This document shows positions 42,001 to 48,634 of a stretch of DNA of 64,000 nucleotides, one piece after another. Positions within the stretch are counted from its first letter, which is position 1. Every line of letters begins with the position of its first letter. The position numbers and the translations under genes are program-made. Source of the DNA: Chthoniobacterales bacterium (GTDB lineage Bacteria; Verrucomicrobiota; Verrucomicrobiia; Chthoniobacterales; Chthoniobacteraceae); NCBI GenBank assembly GCA_038207335.1, contig JBBQZX010000001.1:1-64000 (forward strand), in the 5' to 3' direction. A model generated the notes under the pieces. The model did no database searches. It saw only the letters and a program-made list of their open reading frames with translations, and was not told where the DNA came from.

Positions 42001-42333
42001 CCCGAGCAAGCCGGCGATCGTCTCGGGCGTGCGATGCGCGAGGATGGCGACGTGCGAACCGGCTTCCGTGCCGCGCGCCCGCAGCAGATGGGCGATCGAA
42101 TCGGAGCGGCGTCCGAGCTGCCGATAGGTGAGGCTTTTCTCCCCGGCGATGATCGCGATGGAGTCGGGGCTCTCCTCCGCACGCGCGCGCACGACTTCAT
42201 GCACCGGAAGACCCGGTGGAAAGGGAAAGCTGGATGTCGATATCTTCGCGGACAAAACGCAGGAGTGGACCGCCTTTAGTTTTCGCGTTTTTTGATGCCA
42301 CGCAACGCCGCGATCGACCCCACTGCCCAGCAT
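30088..42333 (-). CDS. Hybrid NRPS-PKS (4081 aa): A-T-ST-KS-AT-ACP-AMT-LLM-C-A-T-TE
   Basis: A1 YTSGSTGRPKG/NGKIDR (~42210-40785); T1 GGDSL (~40640); sulfotransferase PRSGTT (~40370-39555); KS TACSSS/HGTGT/NIGH (~39515-38240); AT GHSVG/HAFH (~37960-37000); ACP GCDSL (~36760); class III aminotransferase FDEVITGFR/YGKIIGGG (~36380-35190); LLM WLPERHFH (~35085-34070); C (~34030-32760); A2 (~32690-31300); T2 GGHSL (~31120); TE GYCNG (~30960-30090). Exact start codon uncertain. Confidence 0.95.
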   Translation of the reverse strand: MLGSGVDRGVAWHQKTRKLKAVHSCVLSAKISTSSFPFPPGLPVHEVVRARAEESPDSIAIIAGEKSLTYRQLGRRSDSIAHLLRARGTEAGSHVAILAHRTPETIAGLLGILKADCAYVPVDPAYPAGLRSFMLADSGPRFVLTSREFESEFSDGIESIVLDEDYSTVVPATVLSPASLDRTAYVIYTSGSTGRPKGVLVSHANLAHSTRARLEFYANPPARFLLVSSFAFDSSVAGIFWTLCTGGTLVLPAAEEERDPFALAALIGSRAITHLLCLPSLHTLLLRAPGTLASLQTVIVAGENCASSLPGEHAQRLPQAALFNEYGPTETTVWSTACQLLPGAAITIGKPIARTQLCLLDEAGNPVPVGTPGEIHIGGDGVAQGYLNQPALTAERFILQSDGARLYKSGDLARLLSDGNFEFLGRVDRQVKIRGYRIELDAIETVLQTHSTVHTAAVVVRGESQIVAYFSPKSASINDLRALVAAQLPAFMMPSVFAGMDEFPLTPNGKIDRAALPPLTRERPEVATAFTPPRTALEHYLASEWRDALHIDRIGIDDRFFEIGGDSLRAATLVQQLQQRIGEPVFVVAMFEAPTIALLAGYLQKHYPAAIARAFGEDTSATSAHESRVTSSMIERVRASLPTFQPASHAGEPRNRRAIFILAPPRSGTTLLRAMLHRHPGLFTASELRLLGTETLAQSGAFSRDGILRAIAEIKNCDDRQASEILEQCELENLGSGEFYARLLEWIEPRELVEKSPSCTLDPGALRHAEALFENAFYIHLSRHPYEVIRSFEKQRMDRVYLPSAGDLTPRQAGEVVWNIAHRNIADFLATIPPERQSFLRFSDLVADPRSSMEAIFSALGIPFDSAVLDPYRADSATASKAVPASDDPHFHAHRMIDPDAAGGWRGVLRDDFLCGETWRLAATLGYEKPTGDPAARVANEPIAIIGMAGNLPGARDVSAFWENLCAGVESIRPFTADELRASGVESTVLAEPGYVNAGATLDDADRFAASFFGFTPREAELMDPQQRILLECAWEAFEHAGQDVSRSAEPIGVFTGLALNSYLQNNLATRPDIAPHLAEYALTLGNEKDFAPTRIAHKLDLRGPAIGVQTACSSSLVALHLACQSLRSGEIGMALVGGGRIRSPLHSGYVHVEGGIASPDGHCRAFDENARGCVAASGIAAVVLKRLSDAQRDGDHIFSVIKATAINNDGATKAGFTAPSVEGQAEVISRAHAAAGITADTIDYVEAHGTGTALGDPIEIAALTRAFSAASFCRIGSVKTNIGHLDAGAGVAGLIKTALALDRELLPPSLHFHSPNPQIDFANGPFVVNAARTAWPRRNEPRRAGVSSFGIGGTNAHAVLEEAPLSEPSSLSRRSQLLILSAKTAPALDQASINLARHFRENPGLDLADVAHTLQIGRREFQHRRIVVAHDLADAAEALGKRDPHRVFSSVAETSVGDVVFMFPGQGAQFPGMARELFESEPVFRDALLECDALLKPQLDLTVALYSPATTTCEMTDTAVAQPAIFAVEYAMARLWQSWGVQPAAMLGHSVGEFTAACLSGVFSLKDALHLLSGRARLMSEIPAGSMLAVRLSQAELTPHLNRDIELAAVNSPRLCVVSGPTENVATFAREMEARGVASAHLPTSHAFHSRMMEPVLAPFIELARDTRLNAPRIPMFSTLTGNGANFTEPEYWSRQLRETVRFSAAVSKVDTRHILLEVGPGVTLSPLARQSRGGTVISSLGTTREHDQAAMLQALGRLWLAGVPIDWRLHRGAEKRRRVQLPTYPFERERFWIEPGIRDVSAPSALAFTPRPVSPKIAAPEAAPSLGDVRALLHGMSGIPVEKMDPSATLLELGCDSLFLTQFALALRKSFGVAVAFRQLFEELSTIERIAAHVESGTRSKASDRLSTPSAPASPVSEPANHGPFRPILRDASDTLNARQRQHLDSLISRYSALTAKSKLLSQEHRPHFADPRSISGFRPLWKELVYPIVVERSSGSKMWDVDGREYVDFTMGFGTNLLGHSPDFITAAIGAQLARGIEIGPQSPIAGEVARMLCEFSGMDRAAFCNTGSEATVAAARIARTVTGRDRVATCSGYHGINDEFLVRAKKVGGERRTVAIAPGIPDHVAREVLAVEYGAPASLEILRANAHNLAAIFVEPVQSRHPDLQPRDFLHELRRICSESGVVLVFDEVITGFRCHPGGAQAWFGVHADLAAYGKIIGGGMPIGALCGRAQFMDALDGGAWNFGDDSRPDVGVTFFAGTYVRHPLALAASHAMLSHLRDEGGALQERLNARTSALVSDLKGVLPADGPIRVESFGSMFIVKFDPEFAFGGLFFFHLREKGIHAWDNRLLFLSTAHSEADLSALVRAFSESVAEMEAGGFLGARVDDEALEAREGGTSNAEPERCVYQGPQAAAELQFSLYFFGNYPAAHRGDKYDLIIESTRFADANGFVAVWLPERHFHSIGGFSPNPAVLAAALARETSRIQLRAGSVVLPLHHPVRVAEEWSLVDNLSNGRVGISIASGWHPNDFVFAPDAYEQRREICTRSLETIRTLWRGDSISARGGTGNAIDVRLFPMPVQRELPVWLTCVRSESYEAAGTLGLNILAQLQNQSVEDVAGKIAIYRDARARAGHDRGHVTMLLHTFVTGDQAQARELARMPLREYLRSHVEISQKKSASKRGEADVNADDLEFLLDRAVTDYAHEKAFIGTEESCAVLAEKLRAAGVDEVGCLVDFGIDPDAVMASLPALDGLRKRLATASECPETFPLTDAQRGLCLLAETHPDSSRAYNETSALEFRGALDAAKLRAALEAVVARHEALRTTIDAASETQTVHPQVTIEMPVIECHSDATLESAIAEVRAIRFDFAHSPIMDVRLLRLASERHVLLLTFHHILGNGPSYVALFDDLLSIFGGEGRTLRPAIQLSSFAREILQHGQREAERFWRAQFSDRVPPLELPLDRPRPNLLTHRGGRASLTLDADLADALRKSGARHGGSMFTTLLSAFQTLLHRLTGQDDVVVGVPFSDPVRERIGGRELFANTTNTVALRSRLESGTTFADLLASNRRLVLEAHEHQRYFFANLIPLLGLRSDPSRAPIFSVLFNYEIGTYRKSLHELEVELITDSQPFAGLRDTALAELFLNVSEKDGALFLRCDFNTDLFDGKTIERWLGHFRHLLEAIAVDPAAAISALPLLSEEERHRMLVDWNDTARDFPANETIGAQFEKWVVRKPDATALIEGAANISFAELDRRASRVARHLRARGVRAGHFVGLRAERTARFIESVLGIVKAGAAYVPLDPAEPAERAAQMRAGCAWVLDPDAIEDADDLPDSAAADGPAYVLFTSGSTGVPKGVVVPHRAISRLVVNSDFVHFQPDDVVAFASNVCFDAATFEMWGALLNGGTLVVTPQEILLSPPALAVHLAVHRITTLFLTTSLFNQTSNASPSMFAGLRNLVFGGEAADASAVQLVLTHGKPERIVNGYGPTETTTFAVCHAIDNVEGGRVPIGRPIANTSAFIFDGALEPVPIGVAGELFIGGPGVALGYFNAPVLNEECFPETKYGRIYKTGDAAKWLPDGTIEYLGRADQQIKLRGFRIELGEIEAALRSHPEIADAAVTVRRVASGDDRLHAHYSLRGTGAPAEREVRTFLAARLPAHMLPSSFSCLPRLPLTASGKTDRAALAESGFSEPSHGENRTDTPSRRADSRPQTLLQAQIADVWEHLLKRHPIGIHDDFFELGGHSLLAVRMLAQIEQRIGSTLLLPELFAGATIAGIARKLLDRQQQAAAIQPYFAINPDGKKRPFFFLHGDYTGGGFFTRSMAQNADRDRPFYAIHPHGLIGDTPPLTIREMAEERLKVIREIQPHGPYLIGGYCNGALTAYQMACSLEAAGESVAGVMLLMANGSNHAMRHLHWISERLGGEERVRAARFIRWRGHARFLVAVAHSYAQKAREFSRLDVRSQTSALSRKLRRIGRRLFGAGDREPVSRWESHFEQESLGDIFSIAVRYFIPGRFGGKVVLFWPEEEPVNFGDSPTFGWRSAAGEVELVTIPGDHDSSITSVEHAPALASALRDALDAADREIPAK

Positions 42334-42526
42334 GATGTGAATGAAAGAGCAGCGGCGAGGCTAAAAAGGGAAACGCGGGTCATGATTTTTATTGGCGCAA
42401 AATGATGGTGCGCGGATGCTCGCGTGCGCTGCCAGTCGGCGGCGCATTACGATTCATGACGGCATTTTCGCAATCCCGCACTAGCAGCGCGTATGCCATC
42501 CGCCCGAGCGTGGCGGGTACTGGCGC

Positions 42527-43069
42527 ATGAAGCTGCGCGGCTATTCGAGCGCGGCGTTCGATCGCGGCGCGCCGCTCTGGCAGGAGGCGCTTTGGATCGC
42601 CGTGAAGGTGTTGTTTTTCATGAATCCGTGGCCGTGGCCGTCGGCGCTGCGAGTGGCGATGCTGCGGGCTTTCGGGGCGAGGATCGGCGAGCGCGTGGTG
42701 GTGCGCAGCCTCGTGAATATCAGCTTTCCATGGCGACTGACGGCTGGAGACGATGTGTGGATCGGCGAGGAGGCGATGCTGCTGACGCTCGCGCCGATCG
42801 TACTGGAGTCGGATGTGTGCGTGTCGCAGCGGGCGTTTCTGTGCACGGGGTCGCACCGGTTTCATGCTGAGAATTTCGATCTCGTGGCAAAGCCGATCAC
42901 AGTGCGCTCCGGATCGTGGATCGCGGCGCACGCGTTCATCGCGCCCGGGGTGGAAATCGGTGTGGGAAGCATGGTGTGCGCGGGGAGCGTGGTGATCGGG
43001 GATGTGCCGGCGGGCACGGTCGTGCGGGGGAATCCGGCGGTGGCTGTGCCGCGCCGCGCGGAGGTGTGA
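42527..43069 (+). CDS. WcaF-like hexapeptide-repeat acetyltransferase
   Basis: LRAFGARIG, FPWRL, SQRAFLCTGSH, GNPA. Confidence 0.88.
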   Translation: MKLRGYSSAAFDRGAPLWQEALWIAVKVLFFMNPWPWPSALRVAMLRAFGARIGERVVVRSLVNISFPWRLTAGDDVWIGEEAMLLTLAPIVLESDVCVSQRAFLCTGSHRFHAENFDLVAKPITVRSGSWIAAHAFIAPGVEIGVGSMVCAGSVVIGDVPAGTVVRGNPAVAVPRRAEV

Positions 43070-43086
43070 AGGTCGGCGTTCCGGCG

Positions 43087-44169
43087 ATGCGTGTCCTGTT
43101 TTTGAATCAGTTTTTCCCTCCTGATCCGGCCCCGACGGGCGTGCTTTTCCGCGAACTGGCGGATGATCTGGCGGCAGAGGGGCACGAGATCGAGTTCATC
43201 GCCTCGCGGCAGGAATATCGCGCTGGGCAGGGACAGCGCGGGCGGATGCGGCGAGAGTTGAAGGCGCTCGGCGCGATGCTGCTCGACGGGTTGCGGGCGC
43301 GGCGCGCGGATGTCGTGGTATCGGGAACTTCGCCGCCATGCCTGCTCGTCGTGGCGGCGATGGTCGCGCTGTGGCACCGGGCGCGTTCGGTGCATTGGGT
43401 CATGGACCTTTATCCTGAAATCGCGGTGGCGCTCGGCGAACTGCGCGATGGAATTTTGGCGCAGGCGATCGGGAAAATCATGGGCTGGGCGTATCGCCGA
43501 TGCGCGCATGTGGTGGCGCTAGATGCGGACATGGCGGCGCGGATTTCAAAATATGGCGTGGCCGCGAAGATCGTGCGCCCGTGGGTCTTCGCAAGCGTAA
43601 TGGCTCAGCGCGGGGCGGGGGAGCGAGGCGAACCGTGGACATGGATTTACTCAGGAAATCTCGGGCGTGCGCACGAGTGGGAGACGCTGCTGGCGGCGCA
43701 GGCGTTTCTGGAAAAGAGCGACGCGGGCGTGCGGCTGCTTTTTCAAGGCGGCGGACCTTCGTGGCCAGCGGCGCAGGCGCGGACGCAGGAACTCGGACTG
43801 CGAAATTGCGAGTGGCAGCCGTATGTGGCGGAAAGTGAATTGCGGGGCTCGCTGTTGCGCGCGGGTTGCTGTGCGGTGACACAGTTGCCCGCGACGCAAG
43901 GCATGTTGTGGCCGAGCAAACTGGGATTTTTGTTCACTCTCCCGCGACCGCTTTTGTGGATAGGGCCGGTGGATGGCGCGATCACCCAGGCACTGTGCGA
44001 GGTGCCTCACGCCGGGATTTTCGCGCCGGGACAGTCGGCTGAGGTCGCGCAGTGGCTGCTCGTTCAGCGAGAGCGCCGAGACGAGATTTCCGACGGCCTC
44101 GCCGCCGCGGCAGCACAGCGCGAGGTGGCGATGTCGAAAATGCGGGCGCTGGTGGTGAATGGGCCCTGA
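43087..44169 (+). CDS. GT4 glycosyltransferase (WcaI-like)
   Basis: NQFFPPD, TSPP, MDLYPE, YSGNLGRAH, PSKL. Start ATG 43087. Confidence 0.85.
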   Translation: MRVLFLNQFFPPDPAPTGVLFRELADDLAAEGHEIEFIASRQEYRAGQGQRGRMRRELKALGAMLLDGLRARRADVVVSGTSPPCLLVVAAMVALWHRARSVHWVMDLYPEIAVALGELRDGILAQAIGKIMGWAYRRCAHVVALDADMAARISKYGVAAKIVRPWVFASVMAQRGAGERGEPWTWIYSGNLGRAHEWETLLAAQAFLEKSDAGVRLLFQGGGPSWPAAQARTQELGLRNCEWQPYVAESELRGSLLRAGCCAVTQLPATQGMLWPSKLGFLFTLPRPLLWIGPVDGAITQALCEVPHAGIFAPGQSAEVAQWLLVQRERRDEISDGLAAAAAQREVAMSKMRALVVNGP

Positions 44170-44306
44170 TGCCGAAGCCGGAAAACTGCCCTCTGCGCAG
44201 TGGCACCTCGGATGCTATTGTCCGCGACCCGCATGTCCGCTGAACTCGATCAACTCGCATTTTCAACTGACGACCGCCCGGACGAGGCCGGTGGAGGAGG
44301 TGTGCG

Positions 44307-45662
44307 ATGATTTTTTCGGTCGGCTTTTTTCTGCTAGGGTTTCTCGTCGCATTTCTCACGACGCCGTGGGTCATTCGGCTTTCGCACACGGGCATCGGGC
44401 TCGACGATCCAAATCAGTCGCGCAAGTCGCACACGGCGCCGATCCCGCGGCTCGGTGGCGCGCCGATCATGCTCGCGATTTCGCTGGGGCAAATCCTCAT
44501 CCTCACGGTGGAGCCGCAGCACGCGTCGAAGTGGTTCCCGGTCCTGCTCGGCAGCCTGCTGATGTACGGGCTCGGACTGTGGGACGATCTGAAGCCGCTT
44601 GGCGCGCGGAAAAAGCTCGCTGGCCAAATCGCGACCGCGGTGATCGTTTATTGCATGGGGCTGAGCATCGATCGCGTCTCGTATCCCGGAGGCGCGTGGA
44701 GCGTGGAACTCGGCGCATGGAGCGCGCCGGTCACGATTTTCTGGCTCATCGCGGTTCCGAATATCGTGAATCTGATCGACGGCTTCGACGGCCTCGCGGG
44801 CGGGCTCGGACTTTTCATGTCCGTCACACTCGGAATCGTCGGCCTCTACAATGAGCAGCTCGCGGTCGCGTGGTACGCTTTCACGATGGCTGGCGCACTG
44901 CTCGGATTCCTCGTGTTCAATTTCCCGCCGGCGCGCATTTTTCTCGGAGACGGCGGCGCGTATCTCATCGGCTTCACGATTGCGGCGCTATCGCTCACGA
45001 GTTCGAACAAAGGCTCGGTCGCCGTCGTGCTCCTCGTCACGATCGTGGCACTCGGCGTGCCGATCCTCGACACGAGCTTCGCGCTGCTGCGGCGTGCGGT
45101 GCGCGGCTTTCCGCTTTTTCATGCGGATGGTGAGCACCTGCATCATCGACTGGAAAATCTCGGCTTTTCCAAAAGGCGCATCGTGCTGGGTATTTATGGC
45201 GTGGCGGTCGTCCTTTCGCTGCTCGCGCTGAGCATCGTCTGGACGCAGGCGCGCACTTTGCCGCTGGGGATTGCGTTCATTTTCCTGCTTGCGGTTTTGG
45301 TGCTGCGATACTTCCACCGGGTGCGGGATCTCGACGATATGTGGCGGAAGATGGGGCGCGTTTTCGGCCAGAGGCGCAGCGTGCAGTACGCGCTGCTGCA
45401 GGCGCGGCTGCTGGAGATGGAGGTGGAGCGGTGCAAAACGCGAGAGGAGTTTTGGCAGATTTTCGAGCAGACGCTGCGGCGGGTGGGCTTCGCGGAAAAT
45501 GCCAGCGGCGATGAGCACGTCGAACTGCATGTGAAATACAATGGAAGCACGCCGTGGACGCTGCACGCGCCTCGGGAACGCGCGACACGTCGCGAGTGGC
45601 AGCGGATTGCCGAGTGCTTTCGCTCGGCATATATCAAAGGACGCGCACGATGGGACGAGTGA
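44307..45662 (+). CDS. WecA/TagO/MraY-family polyprenyl-phosphate HexNAc-1-P transferase with C-terminal extension
   Basis: PRLGG, GLWDD, NLIDGFDGLA, NFPPARIFLGDGG, HLHHRL. Confidence 0.93.
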   Translation: MIFSVGFFLLGFLVAFLTTPWVIRLSHTGIGLDDPNQSRKSHTAPIPRLGGAPIMLAISLGQILILTVEPQHASKWFPVLLGSLLMYGLGLWDDLKPLGARKKLAGQIATAVIVYCMGLSIDRVSYPGGAWSVELGAWSAPVTIFWLIAVPNIVNLIDGFDGLAGGLGLFMSVTLGIVGLYNEQLAVAWYAFTMAGALLGFLVFNFPPARIFLGDGGAYLIGFTIAALSLTSSNKGSVAVVLLVTIVALGVPILDTSFALLRRAVRGFPLFHADGEHLHHRLENLGFSKRRIVLGIYGVAVVLSLLALSIVWTQARTLPLGIAFIFLLAVLVLRYFHRVRDLDDMWRKMGRVFGQRRSVQYALLQARLLEMEVERCKTREEFWQIFEQTLRRVGFAENASGDEHVELHVKYNGSTPWTLHAPRERATRREWQRIAECFRSAYIKGRARWDE

Positions 45663-48025
45663 GCCGGAGGAGCCGGGCGAAGGAGCCCGCGGCGCGCACG
45701 GAAACCAACTGGCAGAGAGTCGCTGCGCTCGTGATTTTCGGCGTGCTCGCGACTGGCGCGCCGATGGCATTTGGAGCGGTCGATCGTTTCACGCAGATCG
45801 TCCTCGTGGGCCTTCTCGGCATCGGCGTGCTCCTTCAGCCGCCCCAAGTTGCGCGGGTCGGCAGATGGATGAATTTCGCGCTTCTCGCGCTCCTTGCGCT
45901 GGTGGTGGTGAAGGAGTTCGGACCGGCGAAGTTTTTCGGCCACACGACCTGGCGAACGACGCTGGAGGAAAGTTACGGGCTCGAGCTGCCATGGACGCAT
46001 CACCCGGAGCCTGCGCGCGCGCTCGAGGCGCTGCTCACGGTCGCGGTGGCGGCAATTTGGCTTGTGTGGGTGCGCTCACTGGCGTCCGTGCGGGAGAATC
46101 GCGCGGCGCTCGCGTGGATGCTTTTCGGCGCGGGCACGCTGGTGGCGGCGGTGTCGTTTGCGGCGAAAGGGGGCGATCCGCGCGCAATCTGGGGGCTGCG
46201 CTACACGCCGGGCTGGCGTGGCTTTGGGCCATTCCCGAATCGCAATCACAGCGCCTGTTTTTTTGCGATGAGTGCGATCGTCGGCGCGGGTTGTGTGACT
46301 TGGGCGGGAATGCGGAGGAGATACGATTTGCTCACCGGCGGCATCCTGATGCTGGGTCTCGTGTTGAGCGGGCTTTTCGCCACGGAATCGCGCGGCGGCA
46401 TGGTTGCGCTGGGCTGCGGCGCGCTCGTGTTTGTGGGCTTCGTGCTGGCAAAGCTGCGCAGCCGGCGGGCATTCGGCGTGGCTCTCGCGGCGCTGTTGGT
46501 GGCGCTCGCGGTGGCGTTGGTTTTCGGCTCGAAATCGCTCGCGAGATTTTCCAACGGAGAGGGCGCGCATGTGTCGAATCAACTCCGCCGCGAAATCTGG
46601 CACGACGGATTCGCGATGTGGCGGGACGCTCCGCTTTTCGGTCACGGGCTGAGTTCGTTCGCGGAGATTTTTCCGATGTATGAAACGATGCAGCTCGACG
46701 ACCAAGTGGTGCTGCATCCCGAGAGCAGTTGGCTCCAGTGGCTCGATGAAATGGGCGCGGTTCCGCTGCTACTCGGCGCGGGGATTTGCCTCGCGTTTCT
46801 CCTCCCGCACGCGCGCGAAAATTTCCGCTCGCGAAACACCTTCTATCTCCGCGCCGGAGGCTTCGCAGCGACCGCGGCCCTACTCGCGCACTCCGTCATC
46901 GACGTGCCTGCTCATCGCTGGGGGACGGTGGCATTTGCGATTGCGGCCGTCGGTCTGGCGTGTCCCTGGAGATCGCGCGTTGCCGCATCGCAGCCGACGC
47001 GCCGGCCTGCGCTCCTGGCGCTCGGCATCGCTTTTTTTTGGTCGCTGCCGCTGCTCGCCGACTGGCCGGCGTGGTCGCCGCTTTCACTGAATCGTCTGCT
47101 CTCGAAGAACGAGCCATCGAACATTCTGAGGCTCGCGGAGATCGAGCGCGCGCTGCACTATTTCCCGCTAGATGCCGCGCTGCACGAGGCCGCTGGACTC
47201 GTGCTCCTGCGCTCCGGCGGCGCGCCCGCGAGCGAGTGGCAGCGGGAGTTTCAAATCGCCAGCCGACTCGTGCCGAGTTCATGGCGCACGCCTGCCGAGC
47301 AGGCTCGTGCCACCCGTAAAATCTCGCCGGCGTTTTCCCTCCATGCATGGCAACTCGCGATCGAGCGCGGCGCCCACCAACGCGAGGAATTGCTCGGTCT
47401 GGCGATGCGTGAGACGACGTCGAATCCCGCGTCCTCAGCCGCGTGGAGCAGTTACGTGGAGGCGCATCCCGACTTGCTGCTGGCCTACTCCCGCACCGCG
47501 CCGGAGGACCTTGGGCGTGATGCGTTCCATCGGTGGTGGGAGGGGCGGGCGCTCACTTCCGCAAAGATCGGCGATACGGAGGTGCGCGATTTTTATCCCG
47601 CGCTGCGTCGATGGGGGACGCCGCGGCAGCTTGCGCAGTGGATGGAGCACCGGCCGGATTTGCGGGCGCGGGACGCGCGAGTTTGGGCTTCGATCATCGT
47701 ACAGTGGGGCGATGAAGCTGGCGCTTGGGCGGTGCTCGCGGCGGCATTTCCCGAGCCGGAATTCCCCGCACCGCGCCAGTCGCTCCTCCGCGACGATCTC
47801 GAGCGACGCTGGAAATCCGACGCGCGAGATCTCGTGAACGCGCGCGTTTTGGCGCAATACCTCCTGACGAACGATGAGATTGCCGCTGGGAAAAAAATCA
47901 TCCTCGATGTCGCTCATCGGCGTGACGCGCCCGATTGGTTCGTCACGAAAGCGGCCCACATTCTCGCGGCAGACGGCCAACTCGCCGAGGCGATCGCGCT
48001 GCTGCTCCACGATCAGGCGAAGTGA
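45650..48025 (+). CDS. O-antigen ligase/oligosaccharyltransferase-like protein with a long helical C-terminal domain
   Basis: GPFPNRNH, TESRGG, R..IW..P.FGHGLSSF, HPESSWLQW (Wzy_C/WaaL). Start at 45650 or 45659. Confidence 0.85.
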   Translation: MGRVSRRSRAKEPAARTETNWQRVAALVIFGVLATGAPMAFGAVDRFTQIVLVGLLGIGVLLQPPQVARVGRWMNFALLALLALVVVKEFGPAKFFGHTTWRTTLEESYGLELPWTHHPEPARALEALLTVAVAAIWLVWVRSLASVRENRAALAWMLFGAGTLVAAVSFAAKGGDPRAIWGLRYTPGWRGFGPFPNRNHSACFFAMSAIVGAGCVTWAGMRRRYDLLTGGILMLGLVLSGLFATESRGGMVALGCGALVFVGFVLAKLRSRRAFGVALAALLVALAVALVFGSKSLARFSNGEGAHVSNQLRREIWHDGFAMWRDAPLFGHGLSSFAEIFPMYETMQLDDQVVLHPESSWLQWLDEMGAVPLLLGAGICLAFLLPHARENFRSRNTFYLRAGGFAATAALLAHSVIDVPAHRWGTVAFAIAAVGLACPWRSRVAASQPTRRPALLALGIAFFWSLPLLADWPAWSPLSLNRLLSKNEPSNILRLAEIERALHYFPLDAALHEAAGLVLLRSGGAPASEWQREFQIASRLVPSSWRTPAEQARATRKISPAFSLHAWQLAIERGAHQREELLGLAMRETTSNPASSAAWSSYVEAHPDLLLAYSRTAPEDLGRDAFHRWWEGRALTSAKIGDTEVRDFYPALRRWGTPRQLAQWMEHRPDLRARDARVWASIIVQWGDEAGAWAVLAAAFPEPEFPAPRQSLLRDDLERRWKSDARDLVNARVLAQYLLTNDEIAAGKKIILDVAHRRDAPDWFVTKAAHILAADGQLAEAIALLLHDQAK

Positions 48026-48068
48026 ATTTCGGGATTTCCGAACGCCGGAATCGGGGTAAATAAGCCCC

Positions 48069-48578
48069 GTGGCGCGATCACTCATCCCAAAATCCCAGCC
48101 GCCCGGCACCCGCGCGGTCGATGCCGGCGTGCGTGAGCGCATTCACGCGTTCATCGCCGAGCGCGGGTTGAGGAAGACCACACAGCGCGACGCGATCATC
48201 GAGGCGGCATTCAGTACGACCGAGCACTACACGGCCGAGGATTTGCTCGCGAGGGCGAAAAAAATCGACCCGTCCGTGTCACGCGCGACCGTGTATCGCA
48301 CCCTGCCGCTGTTCGTGGAATGCGGCGTTCTGATGGAGATGGACTTCGGCGGTGACCACAAGTTCTACGATCCGAATTTCATAGAGCACCCAAATCACAA
48401 CCACCTGATTTGCACCGACTGTCACAAAATCGTGGAGTTCGACGACGTCCACATCGACACGCTGGAAACGTGCATCAGCAAACGTCTCGGCTTTTCTCCC
48501 GAGAAAAAAAGCGTCCGCATCGAGGCAAGTTGCGACGAGCTGAAGATGAAGGGTGCGTGCGGGAAGATGAAGGCTTGA
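48069..48578 (+). CDS. fur: Fur-family metalloregulator
   Basis: KTTQRDAI, SRATVYRTL, HNHLICTDC. Confidence 0.92.
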   Translation: MARSLIPKSQPPGTRAVDAGVRERIHAFIAERGLRKTTQRDAIIEAAFSTTEHYTAEDLLARAKKIDPSVSRATVYRTLPLFVECGVLMEMDFGGDHKFYDPNFIEHPNHNHLICTDCHKIVEFDDVHIDTLETCISKRLGFSPEKKSVRIEASCDELKMKGACGKMKA

Positions 48579-48634
48579 GGGCGGCTTGGCTCTGCGTGGC
48601 GAGTGCCCGTGCGACCGGCCGGCCGGTTTGACTT

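Noticed and set aside
42505..42526. ops/JUMPstart element upstream of the polysaccharide genes
   Set aside because: GGCGGGTAC only loosely resembles GGCGGTAG, and no RfaH/UpxY gene is in the window.
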